In this document: positions 38,519 through 48,325 of the stretch, one piece after another
Layout: every line of letters starts with the position of its first letter
How positions within the stretch are numbered: position 1 is the stretch's first letter
Assembly: GCA_041672465.1 (NCBI GenBank)
Contig: JBAYZO010000006.1
Location: forward strand, 1,938 to 65,937
Reading direction: 5' to 3'
Length of the DNA stretch: 64,000 nt
Origin: Eubacteriales bacterium
GTDB lineage: Bacteria > Bacillota > Clostridia > Oscillospirales > CAG-382
The notes under the pieces: model-generated
Told to the model about the DNA's origin: nothing
What the model saw: only the letters and a program-made list of their open reading frames with translations
Databases searched by the model: none
Program-made: the position numbers and the translations under genes

Positions 38519-39501
38519 GAAAAATCGAAAACGGAGCGCAAAACCCCATGGGGTACCGTAAAAATTCAACCGGACAGCCCGAGGGCAACCCCGACACAAG
38601 AGTCAGCCTTTGCGGGGTTGAGCTTGACAACCCGATTATCCCCGCCAGCGGGACTTTTGGCTACGGAGTTGAGTTCGCCAAGCTCTATGACATTAACATT
38701 TTAGGCACGTTTTCCATGAAAAGCGCTACAAAAGAACCCCGCTTCGGCAACATTACGCCGCGAATAGCCGAATGCGCGTCGGGTATGCTAAACGCGGTGG
38801 GACTTCAAAACCCGGGGCTTGAATCCGTGCTGGCTCATGAGCTGCCGGAGATTAAAAAGGTCTTTAAAAAAAAGATAATGGCAAACGTCAGCGGGTTTTC
38901 GGTGGACGAATATGTCACAAACGCCGCCGCCCTCGGGGACGACCCGCAAATCGGCTGGATAGAGCTTAACATAAGCTGCCCCAATGTAAAGCGCGGGGGG
39001 GAGCATTTCGGGAACAGCCCGAGCGACGCCTTTACCCTCACCCGGGAGGTTAAGCAAGCGGTTCAAAAACCAATTATCGTAAAGCTTTCCCCGAACACCG
39101 GGGATATCGCCGCGATTTCTGCCGCCTGCGAAGAGGCGGGGGCGGACGGGCTTAGCCTTATAAACACCATAAAAGGCATGAGAATTGATTTAAAAACTCA
39201 AAAGCCCGTCCTCGCCAACAAAACCGGCGGGCTTTCCGGCCCTGCCGTCTTCCCCGTGGCGCTGAGGATGGTCTATGAGGTCTACGAAGCGGTTAAGCTC
39301 CCCATTGTCGGTATCGGCGGGGTTTCAACCGCCGAAGACGTAATTGAAATGATGCTGGCGGGCGCCGCCGCCGTGGGGGTGGGCGCCGCGAATCTTATAA
39401 ACCCCTACGCCTGCAGGGATATAATCGAGTCCCTGCCCGGCGTTATGAGGGAATACGGCATAACAAGGCTCACGGATATAATAGGAGGCGCGCATAATTA
39501 A
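38512..39501 (+). CDS. pyrD: Dihydroorotate dehydrogenase B catalytic subunit
   Basis: NPIIPASGTFGYG, GLQNPG and IGIGGV motifs. The start may be ATG 38512 or 38548. Confidence 0.92.
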   Translation: MVRKIENGAQNPMGYRKNSTGQPEGNPDTRVSLCGVELDNPIIPASGTFGYGVEFAKLYDINILGTFSMKSATKEPRFGNITPRIAECASGMLNAVGLQNPGLESVLAHELPEIKKVFKKKIMANVSGFSVDEYVTNAAALGDDPQIGWIELNISCPNVKRGGEHFGNSPSDAFTLTREVKQAVQKPIIVKLSPNTGDIAAISAACEEAGADGLSLINTIKGMRIDLKTQKPVLANKTGGLSGPAVFPVALRMVYEVYEAVKLPIVGIGGVSTAEDVIEMMLAGAAAVGVGAANLINPYACRDIIESLPGVMREYGITRLTDIIGGAHN

Positions 39502-40196
39502 TGGGTAAAGACGTGATAATCGCCCTTGACTTTTCGGCAAAAGCCGAAGTGATTGCTTTTTTAGGGCTGTTCGGCGGAGAAAGACCGTTTGTTAAGGTCG
39601 GAATGGAGCTGTTTTACGCCGAAGGGCCGAAAATTATCGACGAAATTAAAAAAAGAGGCCACAAGGTGTTCCTCGACTTAAAACTGCACGACATTCCAAA
39701 CACGGTCAAAAAAGCCATGAGGGTGATCTCGGAACTTGAAGTCGATATGGTAAATATACACGCTTCGGGTACAAGGGCAATGATGCGGAGCGCCGTGGAG
39801 GGGCTTGAGAATCAAAGCGGAAAAAAACCGCTGCTTATAGCGGTGACCCTGCTCACGTCGGTGAGCGCCGCGAGCCTGAAAGACGAGCTGTTCACGCATT
39901 GTACCCCGGAGGAAATTGTCATGGCTTACGCGGTTTCGGCAAAACAAGAAGGGCTTGACGGGGTGGTGTGTTCCCCGCTTGAGACAAAAGCCATCCGAAA
40001 CGCCTGCGGAGAGGGATTTTTGACCGTCACCCCCGGGATACGGTTTTCCCCCGGGGAAAACGACGACCAGGCGAGGTTCACAACCCCGCTCGCGGCGAAA
40101 AATCTCGGCGCCGATTATATTGTCGTCGGCCGCCCGATAACGTCTTCCGCCGACCCGGTCGCCGCCTATAACGAGTGTAAAAAACAATTCATTTAA
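39501..40196 (+). CDS. pyrF: Orotidine 5'-phosphate decarboxylase
   Basis: IIALDF, VKVGMELF, FLDLKLHDIPNTV and IVVGRPI motifs. Confidence 0.93.
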   Translation: MGKDVIIALDFSAKAEVIAFLGLFGGERPFVKVGMELFYAEGPKIIDEIKKRGHKVFLDLKLHDIPNTVKKAMRVISELEVDMVNIHASGTRAMMRSAVEGLENQSGKKPLLIAVTLLTSVSAASLKDELFTHCTPEEIVMAYAVSAKQEGLDGVVCSPLETKAIRNACGEGFLTVTPGIRFSPGENDDQARFTTPLAAKNLGADYIVVGRPITSSADPVAAYNECKKQFI

Positions 40197-40211
40197 AGGG
40201 GAAAAGCAGAT

Positions 40212-40883
40212 ATGCAGAAAAATAACAGCGAAAAAGCCACGGGGCGAAAAGAAAAAGCCGCCAAACGGCTGCTTGAGATAAAAGCGGTGTTCTTCAGACC
40301 CGACGACCCGTTTATCTGGGCGAGCGGAATTAAAAGCCCGGTGTACTGCGACAACAGGCTGATATTATCCGAAGCGGCCGTGAGGGGGGAGATTGAGGCG
40401 ATGCTTGCCGAACTCATAAGCGAAAACTTCCCCGATGTCTCTCTTATCATGGGGACGAGCACCGCCGGGATACCCCACGCGGCGCTTGCGGCGGATATAT
40501 TGGGGCTCCCCATGGGTTATGTCAGGGCGGGCGCCAAAAGCCACGGCAGAAAGAACCTGATTGAGGGGAAGCTTGAAAAAGGGCAGAAAACCGTTGTGGT
40601 GGAAGACCTTATCTCAACGGGTGGGAGCGCGCTCGACGTAGCGGATATCCTCCGGCTGGAGGGAGCGGACGTGCTGGGGGTGGCGAGCATTTTTACCTAC
40701 GGCATGGATATCGCGGGCAAGCGCTTTGCCGACGCGGGGCTTAAGGCCGTGTCACTTACCGATTTTGACGAGGTGACCAAAACGGCGGCGAGGCTCGGGT
40801 ATATTAAAAGCGAGGACGTCGAAAGGCTGCTGCGGTTCAGGGACAACCCCCTTGACCAGAGCTGGGCGGAGGGGAGAGCATGA
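40212..40883 (+). CDS. pyrE: Orotate phosphoribosyltransferase
   Basis: PRPP-binding motif VVVEDLISTGGS and SGIKSPVYCDNR. Confidence 0.9.
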   Translation: MQKNNSEKATGRKEKAAKRLLEIKAVFFRPDDPFIWASGIKSPVYCDNRLILSEAAVRGEIEAMLAELISENFPDVSLIMGTSTAGIPHAALAADILGLPMGYVRAGAKSHGRKNLIEGKLEKGQKTVVVEDLISTGGSALDVADILRLEGADVLGVASIFTYGMDIAGKRFADAGLKAVSLTDFDEVTKTAARLGYIKSEDVERLLRFRDNPLDQSWAEGRA

Positions 40884-41794
40884 AGAGCCTTACCGATATA
40901 AAAGAGCTTTCGGTTGAGGAAATTGATTCTTTAATAACCGTCGCGCTTGATATAGCCGAAAACCCCGCAAAATACAGCGGCGTATGTAAGGGTAAAAAAA
41001 TAGCCACCCTGTTTTATGAACCCTCCACCCGGACGCGGTTTAGCTTTGAGGCGGCGATGATAGAGCTCGGCGGGAGCGTTATCGGTTTTTCCACTTCGGG
41101 CGGGAGCTCGGCGGCAAAGGGCGAAAGCGTCGCCGACACGGTTAAAACGGTGTCTTTTTTCGCCGATATCATAGCTGTCCGCCACCCGAAAGAGGGCGCG
41201 GCGCTTGTGGCGGCGAAAAACGCCTTTGTTCCGGTGATAAACGCGGGCGACGGCGGGCATAACCACCCCACCCAGACCCTTGCCGATCTCCTCACCATCA
41301 AGCGCGAAAAAGGGGGTTTTGACGGGCTTAACGTTGGGTTTTGCGGGGATTTAAAGTTCGGCAGAACAGTTCACTCCCTCCTTTCGGCGCTGTCAAGATA
41401 TGATATGGCATCGTTCACGCTTATTTCGCCCGAAGAGCTGTGTATCCCCGAATACCTAAAGAGCGAAGTGCTGCTGACGGGAAAAATTCCGTTTTTTGAA
41501 GTGAGGGATCTCGGCAAAGCTCTCCCGGAGCTTGATATTCTTTACATGACAAGAGTGCAAAGAGAACGGTTTTTTAACGAGGCGGACTATCTGCGGCTAA
41601 AAGATACCTATGTGCTGACCCCGCAAAAGCTTGAGTCCGGGAAGAGTGACCTTTGCGTCATGCACCCGCTGCCGAGGGTTAACGAAATTTCCGTGGCGGT
41701 CGACAGCGATATCCGCGCCTGCTATTTTAAGCAAGTGGAAAACGGCAAATTTATGCGAATGGCGCTTATTTTGAAATTACTGGGGGTAAACTAA
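40880..41794 (+). CDS. pyrB: Aspartate carbamoyltransferase catalytic subunit
   Basis: STRTR, HPTQ and HPLPR motifs. Confidence 0.93.
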   Translation: MKSLTDIKELSVEEIDSLITVALDIAENPAKYSGVCKGKKIATLFYEPSTRTRFSFEAAMIELGGSVIGFSTSGGSSAAKGESVADTVKTVSFFADIIAVRHPKEGAALVAAKNAFVPVINAGDGGHNHPTQTLADLLTIKREKGGFDGLNVGFCGDLKFGRTVHSLLSALSRYDMASFTLISPEELCIPEYLKSEVLLTGKIPFFEVRDLGKALPELDILYMTRVQRERFFNEADYLRLKDTYVLTPQKLESGKSDLCVMHPLPRVNEISVAVDSDIRACYFKQVENGKFMRMALILKLLGVN

Positions 41795-41798
41795 ACAT

Positions 41799-42215
41799 AT
41801 GGTAATAGGACAAATAAAAGACGGCATAGTGCTTGACCACATTACCGCCGGGCGGGGAATGGAGATATATGACGCGCTGGGGCTGGGGAGTCTTGACTGT
41901 ATGGTCGCCATGATAACCAAAGCCCAAAGCACCAAAATGGGGCGAAAAGATATTATAAAAGTGGGAAAAGTCATAGCGTTTGACTTTGACGTTTTGGGGT
42001 ATATCGACCCGGGGATAACCGTGAATATCATCCGCGACGGCAAGCTGTTCAAGCGCGACAAGTTAAGGCTCCCGGATTCCCTTGTAAACGTGCTGAAATG
42101 CAAAAACCCCCGCTGTATAACCTCAATCGAGCAGGAGCTTGACAATGTGTTCAGGCTGGCCGACACAAAAAGCCGCGTCTACCGCTGTGTTTACTGCGAT
42201 ACCGACGCGAAATAA
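41799..42215 (+). CDS. pyrI: Aspartate carbamoyltransferase regulatory subunit
   Basis: IKDGIVLDHI N-terminus and C-terminal zinc site CKNPRC...YRCVYC. Confidence 0.9.
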   Translation: MVIGQIKDGIVLDHITAGRGMEIYDALGLGSLDCMVAMITKAQSTKMGRKDIIKVGKVIAFDFDVLGYIDPGITVNIIRDGKLFKRDKLRLPDSLVNVLKCKNPRCITSIEQELDNVFRLADTKSRVYRCVYCDTDAK

Positions 42216-42261
42216 AGCTTATGTCAACATATCAATGTCTTCCGGGGCGGCGGGTTAATGA

Positions 42262-42289
42262 TTGACTTTTCCCGCCGCCGCGTTATAAT
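42262..42289 (+). promoter_or_regulatory. Sigma-A promoter embedded in the GC-rich hairpin after pyrI
   Basis: TTGACT (42262-42267), a 16-nt spacer, then TATAAT (42284-42289). It overlaps the stem GGCGGCGGG (42246-42254)/CCCGCCGCC (42271-42279). Confidence 0.5.
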
Positions 42290-42326
42290 GGTTTTAAGCA
42301 AAAGTATAAAAGGCGGGATAAAATAA

Positions 42327-43427
42327 ATGGAAAAAGATAATGAAAAGACAAAATTTTACAATGGACTTGGGTTTGGACTTCATTCGCTGACGCTCCTCTC
42401 GGGCGCGAAGTCGCGCTCTCTCTCCGCCGAAAACAAAACGGGCGAAAAGGGTCGCGGCGGAGCGGCCGAAGACGGCACGGGAAGGCTTGCCGCGCGGGAC
42501 TTGGGGCAGGGCTGGAAGGTTTCGCCCTCAATACTGTTAAAGGCGGGCGAAACGGCCGAAATCGCCGATATCGCGGGCGAGGGGGTTATTAAACATATCT
42601 GGATGACAGACTCGTCGGGGGACAAGCGCCCGATAATTCTTAGAATTTATTTTGACGGCTACAAAAAAGCCGCCGTAGAGACCCCTCACTGCGACTTTTT
42701 CTGCGCCGCCGACTACGGCGAATACAAGCAGATTTCCTCGCTTGCCGTCTGCGTTAACCCGCGGCGCGGCTTTAACTCTTACTTTGAAATGCCGTTTTTC
42801 AAAAACTTTAAGATAACGCTTGAAAACATAACCAAAAACGATATAACCGTGTATTATCAAATCGATTACCTGTTGACCGAGCTCCCGGCAAACGCCGGTT
42901 ATTTTCACGCCCAGTTCAGGCGCGTCAACCCATTGCCGTATAAAACGCCGTACACAATACTCGACAACATAAAAGGGCGCGGGCAGTATGTCGGCACATA
43001 TCTTTTTTGGGGATCTAACAGCTCGGGCTGGTGGGGGGAGGGTGAAATAAAGTTCTACCTCGACGGCGACTTCAAATACCCCACAATCTGCGGCACGGGA
43101 ACCGAGGACTACTTTTGCGGCGCCTATAATTTTGACGTCAACGGCCGCTACACCGACTTTTCAGGCCCTTACTGCGGCTTTTTCAAAACAAAAACAGACG
43201 ACGCCTACCGCTCCCAGTCAAGGTTTTCAATGTACCGATTTCATATAGCCGATCCGATTTATTTTGAGGAGGACATAAAAGTCACCATTCAGGCGCTGGG
43301 CTGGCGGGAGGGCGGGAGATATCTTCCGCTTATGGATGACATTTCCTCCGTGGCGTACTGGTACAGCGATAACCTTGACGACGACTACCCCCCTCTCCCG
43401 GACAGAGACGGGCTGGAAATTATATAA
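42327..43427 (+). CDS. DUF2961 / glycoside hydrolase family 172-like protein
   Basis: 366 aa. The GEGVIKHIWMT, RIYFDG and GTGTEDYF pattern matches my recollection of DUF2961 (GH172). Confidence 0.7.
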   Translation: MEKDNEKTKFYNGLGFGLHSLTLLSGAKSRSLSAENKTGEKGRGGAAEDGTGRLAARDLGQGWKVSPSILLKAGETAEIADIAGEGVIKHIWMTDSSGDKRPIILRIYFDGYKKAAVETPHCDFFCAADYGEYKQISSLAVCVNPRRGFNSYFEMPFFKNFKITLENITKNDITVYYQIDYLLTELPANAGYFHAQFRRVNPLPYKTPYTILDNIKGRGQYVGTYLFWGSNSSGWWGEGEIKFYLDGDFKYPTICGTGTEDYFCGAYNFDVNGRYTDFSGPYCGFFKTKTDDAYRSQSRFSMYRFHIADPIYFEEDIKVTIQALGWREGGRYLPLMDDISSVAYWYSDNLDDDYPPLPDRDGLEII

Positions 43428-43445
43428 GACTTTTGAGACAGAAAA

Positions 43446-43967
43446 TCACTCCACAAAAACCGCCGAATACCAGTTTTGGGTTTCGTTTTCGGGGTCTTTC
43501 AGGGTGTAAAGCGAAAGGCCGAACTTTGAAGCCGTTTTAAAAACGTCAATGCCAACCGAGTGAAAAGCGGGGCGCGCCTGACTTACAAAACGGCAGGGCT
43601 TGCCGTCGGCGGCGGCGCATTTTTCGCACTTCGCGCAATCGGAAAGCGAAAAGGCAAAGTAATACCCGTCGCGAAACGCCATTCCCTCTATGGCAAAGGA
43701 AATCTTCTGCGACAGCGTTTTGTCATGAGTGTGGATAATAATCCCCCATTTATAACGGGAAAACATTTCTTTGTATTCCGCCATTGACGGCGAGCCGGGC
43801 TTTGACGGGCAGGTGTGGTTGTTCCCGAAATCTGGGCAGCCGTACAGGCATTTAAGGTAAGTTCGGCTGTCAAAGCAAATATCCGAAATATCAAACCTCA
43901 CGGCGTCAGAAGCGCCGTTTTCAAGCGCGTATTTTATGTATTTTTCCGGGTAAGATTTGTTTTCCAT
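43446..43967 (-). CDS. DUF2284-like predicted metal-binding protein
   Basis: 173 aa with Cys motifs CLYGCPDFGNNHTCP and CAKCEKC. Confidence 0.6.
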   Translation of the reverse strand: MENKSYPEKYIKYALENGASDAVRFDISDICFDSRTYLKCLYGCPDFGNNHTCPSKPGSPSMAEYKEMFSRYKWGIIIHTHDKTLSQKISFAIEGMAFRDGYYFAFSLSDCAKCEKCAAADGKPCRFVSQARPAFHSVGIDVFKTASKFGLSLYTLKDPENETQNWYSAVFVE

Positions 43968-44126
43968 TTAATATACACCTGCTTTGCGTTTTTAAAGTTT
44001 TTGTTTTTTGAGTATATCACAGCGCCGATACGCTGTCAAGGCGGCGGGGTGTTGTGTTTTTGGGTTCCCCGTGTTATAATCTACCTCGCTCCCTTTTCCC
44101 CGTAAAACTTGCTTGGAGGATAACAT

Positions 44127-46571
44127 TTGCAGCATTTGGATAATTTAAAAACCGCCCATATCAGGCAAAAGGTCGATTTCGCAAACGCCAAAAGGCTATA
44201 CCCCGAACACACCATCGGACTTTCAAACGCCGAGGTTGAGGAACGGGTAAACGACGGATACGTTAACTTTGACTCGGCTTACAAGTCAAAGAGCGCGTCC
44301 CGGATAATAGCGGGGCATTTGCTGACGCTCTTTAATTTGGTTAACATTATTATCTTCGCCGCCCTTCTTTGGGTGGGGTCTTTTAAAAACCTTTCGTTTA
44401 TGGCTGTTATCGCCGCCAATATTTGTATCGGGGTTATTCAAGAGATAAGGGCGAAAAAGGCGGTGGACAGGCTTTCTTTTTTATCCTTGCGGGACGCTCT
44501 TGTAATAAGAGAGGGAAAAGAGGTAAAAATCCCCGTCGGGGAGATAGTCCTCGACGATGTGCTCGAATATAAAGCCGGCGACCAGATAATGGTCGACTGC
44601 GAGGTGCTTGACGGGGAGTGCGAGTCAAACGAGGCTTTTGTGACGGGGGAGAGCGACACGGTTTTCAAAGAGAAAGGCGAAACACTCCTCGCCGGTTCGT
44701 TTATCGCCAGCGGCGCCTGCAGGGCAAGAGCGGATAAAATCGCGGGGAACAGCTATATTTCAACTATCTCAAAGTCGGCGAAAACCATTAAAGCCGCCAA
44801 AAGCGTGCTGATGACCTCAATGAAAAGGGTTATCACCGTTTTATCGCTTGTTATCTTCCCGCTCGGGGCTTTTTTGTTTTTGGATCAGCTTAAAATTCAC
44901 GGCTCCGAAAGAGAGGCCGTCATAAACACCTCCGCCGCCCTTATCGGGATGATTCCGCAAGGGCTTATGCTGCTGACTTCAACCGCGCTTGCGATTTCGG
45001 TGTTAAGGCTTTCAAGGCGGAAAGTGCTGGTCAAAGATCTTTACAGCGTGGAAATGCTCGCCAGAGTGGACACCATCTGCCTTGATAAAACCGGCACGCT
45101 GACCGAAGGGATGCTGACGGTTGACAGGGTGGTTGAAATTGACTCCTCGGGTTACCACAAAACCCTTCTCCCGGCTTTAACATTGGCTCTGGGCGGCGAC
45201 AACGCCACGATGACGGCGATTTCAAAGGCTTTTCCGGGGAGAGAGACAAAAGCCGTCGTTAAAAAAATACCATTCTCTTCAAAGACAAAGTGGTCGGGCA
45301 TTATTTTTGACGACTTAACCGGCGCTTTTATAGGCGCGCCGGAATATTTGGCGGCGGGAGACGAAAAAATAATTCAAATGGCAAGGGAACTCTCAAAAGA
45401 CCACAGGGTGCTCTTGCTTTCGGCCTCAAAAGGCGGCGCCGAAAATGGGAGTCTCCCCGAAAAGCTCACCCCGGCGGCTTTTGTGCTTCTTTCCGACAAA
45501 ATAAGGGAGGGGGCGCCGCTCCTTGTAAAATACCTCGCGGCGCAGGGGGTTGATATCAAAATCATATCCGGAGACAACCCGATAACCGTGTCTTCTCTTT
45601 CGGTTCAGGTGGGGATAGCCGGGGCGGAAAAATATCTTGACTGCTCGGGCTTGAAAAACGACAGGGAGCTAAGAAAATCAGTGGGTAAATACACGGTTTT
45701 CGGCCGCGTCACGCCTTTTCAGAAAAAAATAATAATTCAATCGCTTAAAAAGAAAAAACATACCGTCGCCATGACAGGCGACGGGGTTAACGACGTGCTC
45801 GCCCTAAAAGAGGCCGACTGCTCCATTGCCATGGGGAGCGGCACCGACGCGGCGCGGAACGTGGCGAAGCTTGTGCTCTTAAAGCCAAGCTTTGACTCGC
45901 TCCCCGCCGTTATCGCGGAGGGGAGAAGGGCGGTCAACAATATCCAGCGCTCGGCGTCGTTTTTCCTTGTCAAAACCGTGTATGCCACGCTGATGGCGTT
46001 CTTGTTTCTTCTCCTCCACAAACCCTACCCCTTTCAGCCCATACAGCAGTCGTTTATCGCTTTCGCCTGTATCGGGCTCCCGTCTTTCGTGCTGGCTTTC
46101 GAGCCCAACAAAGACCGTATAAAGGGGAGCTTTTTTGGGAATGTTATGCTAAGGGCGCTGCCGGGCGGAATAGCCATTTCGGGGGCGATGACGCTGATAG
46201 CCTGCCTTAACGGCATCGCGGGGAGCATTGCCAAGGTTAGGTTTATATCTTTTTTGGCGGTGAGCGTAGACCCGGCGCATATACCGACAATTTCGCTTAT
46301 CACCACAAGCTTTTTGTCTTTTTTAGTCCTCGCCGCCATTTGTTATCCCCCGAACGCGCTGGGGAAAACCCTTATGGTCACCGTCGGCGCGCTTTCGGTG
46401 GGCGGTCTTACGGTTTTGAGGGGCTATCTTGAGCTCTCCCCGCTTTCGCTGAAATCGTCGCTTATGACTTTATTTATCTGCGCCTTATCGGGGGGAGTAA
46501 TGTTTCTTCTCACAAAGCTTTCGCGGCGGCTTACTCGGGAAACAAACAAAAAAGAGGTTGCCGCGCAATGA
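44127..46571 (+). CDS. Cation-translocating P-type ATPase (HAD-IC family)
   Basis: TGES, ICLDKTGTLTEG, MTGDGVNDVLALKEAD and ten TM segments. TTG 44127 lies 6 nt after GGAGGA. Confidence 0.9.
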   Translation: MQHLDNLKTAHIRQKVDFANAKRLYPEHTIGLSNAEVEERVNDGYVNFDSAYKSKSASRIIAGHLLTLFNLVNIIIFAALLWVGSFKNLSFMAVIAANICIGVIQEIRAKKAVDRLSFLSLRDALVIREGKEVKIPVGEIVLDDVLEYKAGDQIMVDCEVLDGECESNEAFVTGESDTVFKEKGETLLAGSFIASGACRARADKIAGNSYISTISKSAKTIKAAKSVLMTSMKRVITVLSLVIFPLGAFLFLDQLKIHGSEREAVINTSAALIGMIPQGLMLLTSTALAISVLRLSRRKVLVKDLYSVEMLARVDTICLDKTGTLTEGMLTVDRVVEIDSSGYHKTLLPALTLALGGDNATMTAISKAFPGRETKAVVKKIPFSSKTKWSGIIFDDLTGAFIGAPEYLAAGDEKIIQMARELSKDHRVLLLSASKGGAENGSLPEKLTPAAFVLLSDKIREGAPLLVKYLAAQGVDIKIISGDNPITVSSLSVQVGIAGAEKYLDCSGLKNDRELRKSVGKYTVFGRVTPFQKKIIIQSLKKKKHTVAMTGDGVNDVLALKEADCSIAMGSGTDAARNVAKLVLLKPSFDSLPAVIAEGRRAVNNIQRSASFFLVKTVYATLMAFLFLLLHKPYPFQPIQQSFIAFACIGLPSFVLAFEPNKDRIKGSFFGNVMLRALPGGIAISGAMTLIACLNGIAGSIAKVRFISFLAVSVDPAHIPTISLITTSFLSFLVLAAICYPPNALGKTLMVTVGALSVGGLTVLRGYLELSPLSLKSSLMTLFICALSGGVMFLLTKLSRRLTRETNKKEVAAQ

Positions 46572-47407
46572 AAAAAAACCTTCTGAAAGTTTATAACCTT
46601 TACAGAAGATTTTCCGCCGCCTATTCATCGCGAAGCTTGGGGGCGTATTCCTCGCAGGCGGCGTTTTTTTTGTTTATTTCGTTTTTTCCCTTTTGCGCTC
46701 TCCTCTTCGGCACAATAAAGGCGCTACCGTTCAGGGGCGCCGACGCCGGCGCGAAAATAGCGCTCGCCCTGCCGGGAATTATGGGAAACGTTATAACCGA
46801 AGCGTACGCGTCGGCGGGGAAATACCCCGCGGCGGCCGTTATCCCCATAACGGCGATTCTCACGCTCTGGGCTTCCTCAAAAGGCGTGTTCGCGGTGGCC
46901 TGCGGGGTTGAGTCAGCTTATGGGGGAAAAGCCCCCGGGGGGCTTAAAAAACGCGCCCTCTCGATACTCCACACGCTGTTTCTTATCGCGTCGCTTATTT
47001 TATCCCTCTTCCTCCTTGTGTTCGGAAACTTTGTTTTTGGCTTTTTAACCGAGCTGTTTCCCGCGCTGACAAAGCTCGCCATTGCGCTAAAAGCGCTGAG
47101 AGCGGCGCTGACGTTCGCGACAATAAGCGTGTTTTTTATTTTGGTGTATATGTTTTTCCCCGCGCGAAAGCAAAGACTTAGGGACACCCTGCCGGGGGCG
47201 GCGCTGTCGGGGTTAAGCTGGATAGCCATTTCATACGGCTATTCTTTATATATTGACTATTATATGGCAAAGGGAAGCACGCTTTACGGCAGCCTTACCG
47301 CGGCGGTGCTGCTGCTTTTCTGGCTTGACATGTGTATGTCGGTAACGCTGGCGGGGGGGCTTTTAAACTCGTATTTATTACGGAATCGCGCCAAACGGCT
47401 GCTTTAG
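46568..47407 (+). CDS. YihY/BrkB family membrane protein
   Basis: 279 aa, six TM segments, N-terminal SSQAAFFLFISFFPF pattern. The start forms an ATGA overlap with the ATPase stop. Confidence 0.75.
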   Translation: MKKNLLKVYNLYRRFSAAYSSRSLGAYSSQAAFFLFISFFPFCALLFGTIKALPFRGADAGAKIALALPGIMGNVITEAYASAGKYPAAAVIPITAILTLWASSKGVFAVACGVESAYGGKAPGGLKKRALSILHTLFLIASLILSLFLLVFGNFVFGFLTELFPALTKLAIALKALRAALTFATISVFFILVYMFFPARKQRLRDTLPGAALSGLSWIAISYGYSLYIDYYMAKGSTLYGSLTAAVLLLFWLDMCMSVTLAGGLLNSYLLRNRAKRLL

Positions 47408-48238
47408 CTTTGGCACTTTAATAATTATTTCAATGGAATCCCCCTTGTCGACTTCCTCCCGCTCCACGTTTACCCCGACGTCTCTCACCATTTTAACGGC
47501 GTTGTCAATTGAGTTTATAAAAATCCCGATATCGGTTATTAGCCCCACTTTTCTGCCCCGAAACTTTACCCTCGCGCTCCTTGACTCCGGCGTGGCGAGG
47601 AAAAGGCTGACTTTTTTATCCGTCTCCTGCGCCGACCAGCCGCATATGACGGCTTTTTTTATAAATTCCCGCCGCTTTTCGGTGTTGTCTATTCTTATGA
47701 GCGCTCTGGCGTGCTTTTCGGTAAGCTTTCCCCGCAAAATGTCTTCCCGCTCGGAGGGCGAAAGCTTTAAAAGCCGCAGCTTGTTTGCGATTGAGGACTG
47801 GCTCACCGAAAGCTTGCCCGCAAGCTGGGCCTGAGTCTGCCGCGACGCCATAAGCATGTCCTGAAACGCGCCGGCGACGTCAAAGAAAGTCAGATCTTCC
47901 CTGAACACGTTTTCGGAAAAAGCGAGGTAAGCGGTGTTTTCGGCGTCACAGGCGGTTATAAGGCAGGGGACTTCCCTAAGGCCTATTTTTTTTGCCGCCC
48001 GCCACCGCCTTTCGCCCGCTATTATCTCATAACCCGGACCCGTGACCAACTGCCCGTTTATATTCATCTTCGGCACATAGTCGCGCCGCTTAACGGTTAT
48101 GGGCTGGATTATGCCGAACTTTTTTATACTCTCCGCGAGGGAGTTTAAAGCGTCGTCGTCGAAATAACTCCTTGGCTGGTTGGGGTTGGGGAGCATTTCG
48201 CTTATCGGTATGTAAACGACCTTTTCTTTTCGCTTCAC
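47378..48238 (-). CDS. ParB/Spo0J-family protein with Noc-like C-terminal domain
   Basis: ParB box IQPI, GERRWRAAKK, HTH QAQLAGKLSVSQSSIANKLRLL, and a C-terminus DIGIFINSIDNAVKMV...IIIKVPK resembling Noc. Confidence 0.75.
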   Translation of the reverse strand: MKRKEKVVYIPISEMLPNPNQPRSYFDDDALNSLAESIKKFGIIQPITVKRRDYVPKMNINGQLVTGPGYEIIAGERRWRAAKKIGLREVPCLITACDAENTAYLAFSENVFREDLTFFDVAGAFQDMLMASRQTQAQLAGKLSVSQSSIANKLRLLKLSPSEREDILRGKLTEKHARALIRIDNTEKRREFIKKAVICGWSAQETDKKVSLFLATPESRSARVKFRGRKVGLITDIGIFINSIDNAVKMVRDVGVNVEREEVDKGDSIEIIIKVPKLKQPFGAIP

Positions 48239-48261
48239 GTCTTTTCACCCTGTCCTTTCAA

Positions 48262-48292
48262 AAAATAAAAAAACGGTATACCAATATATACC
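48262..48292 (-). terminator. Terminator after truB
   Basis: On the minus strand: GGTATA-TATTGG-TATACC followed by GTTTTTTTATTTTTT. Confidence 0.55.
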
Positions 48293-48325
48293 ATTTCTTT
48301 AATGTATAATTTTGTAAAAACAGGC

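Noticed and set aside
39678-40187. 169-aa minus-strand ORF
   Set aside because: It is an antisense shadow of pyrF. A similar shadow lies at 33026-33589, antisense to the maturase.
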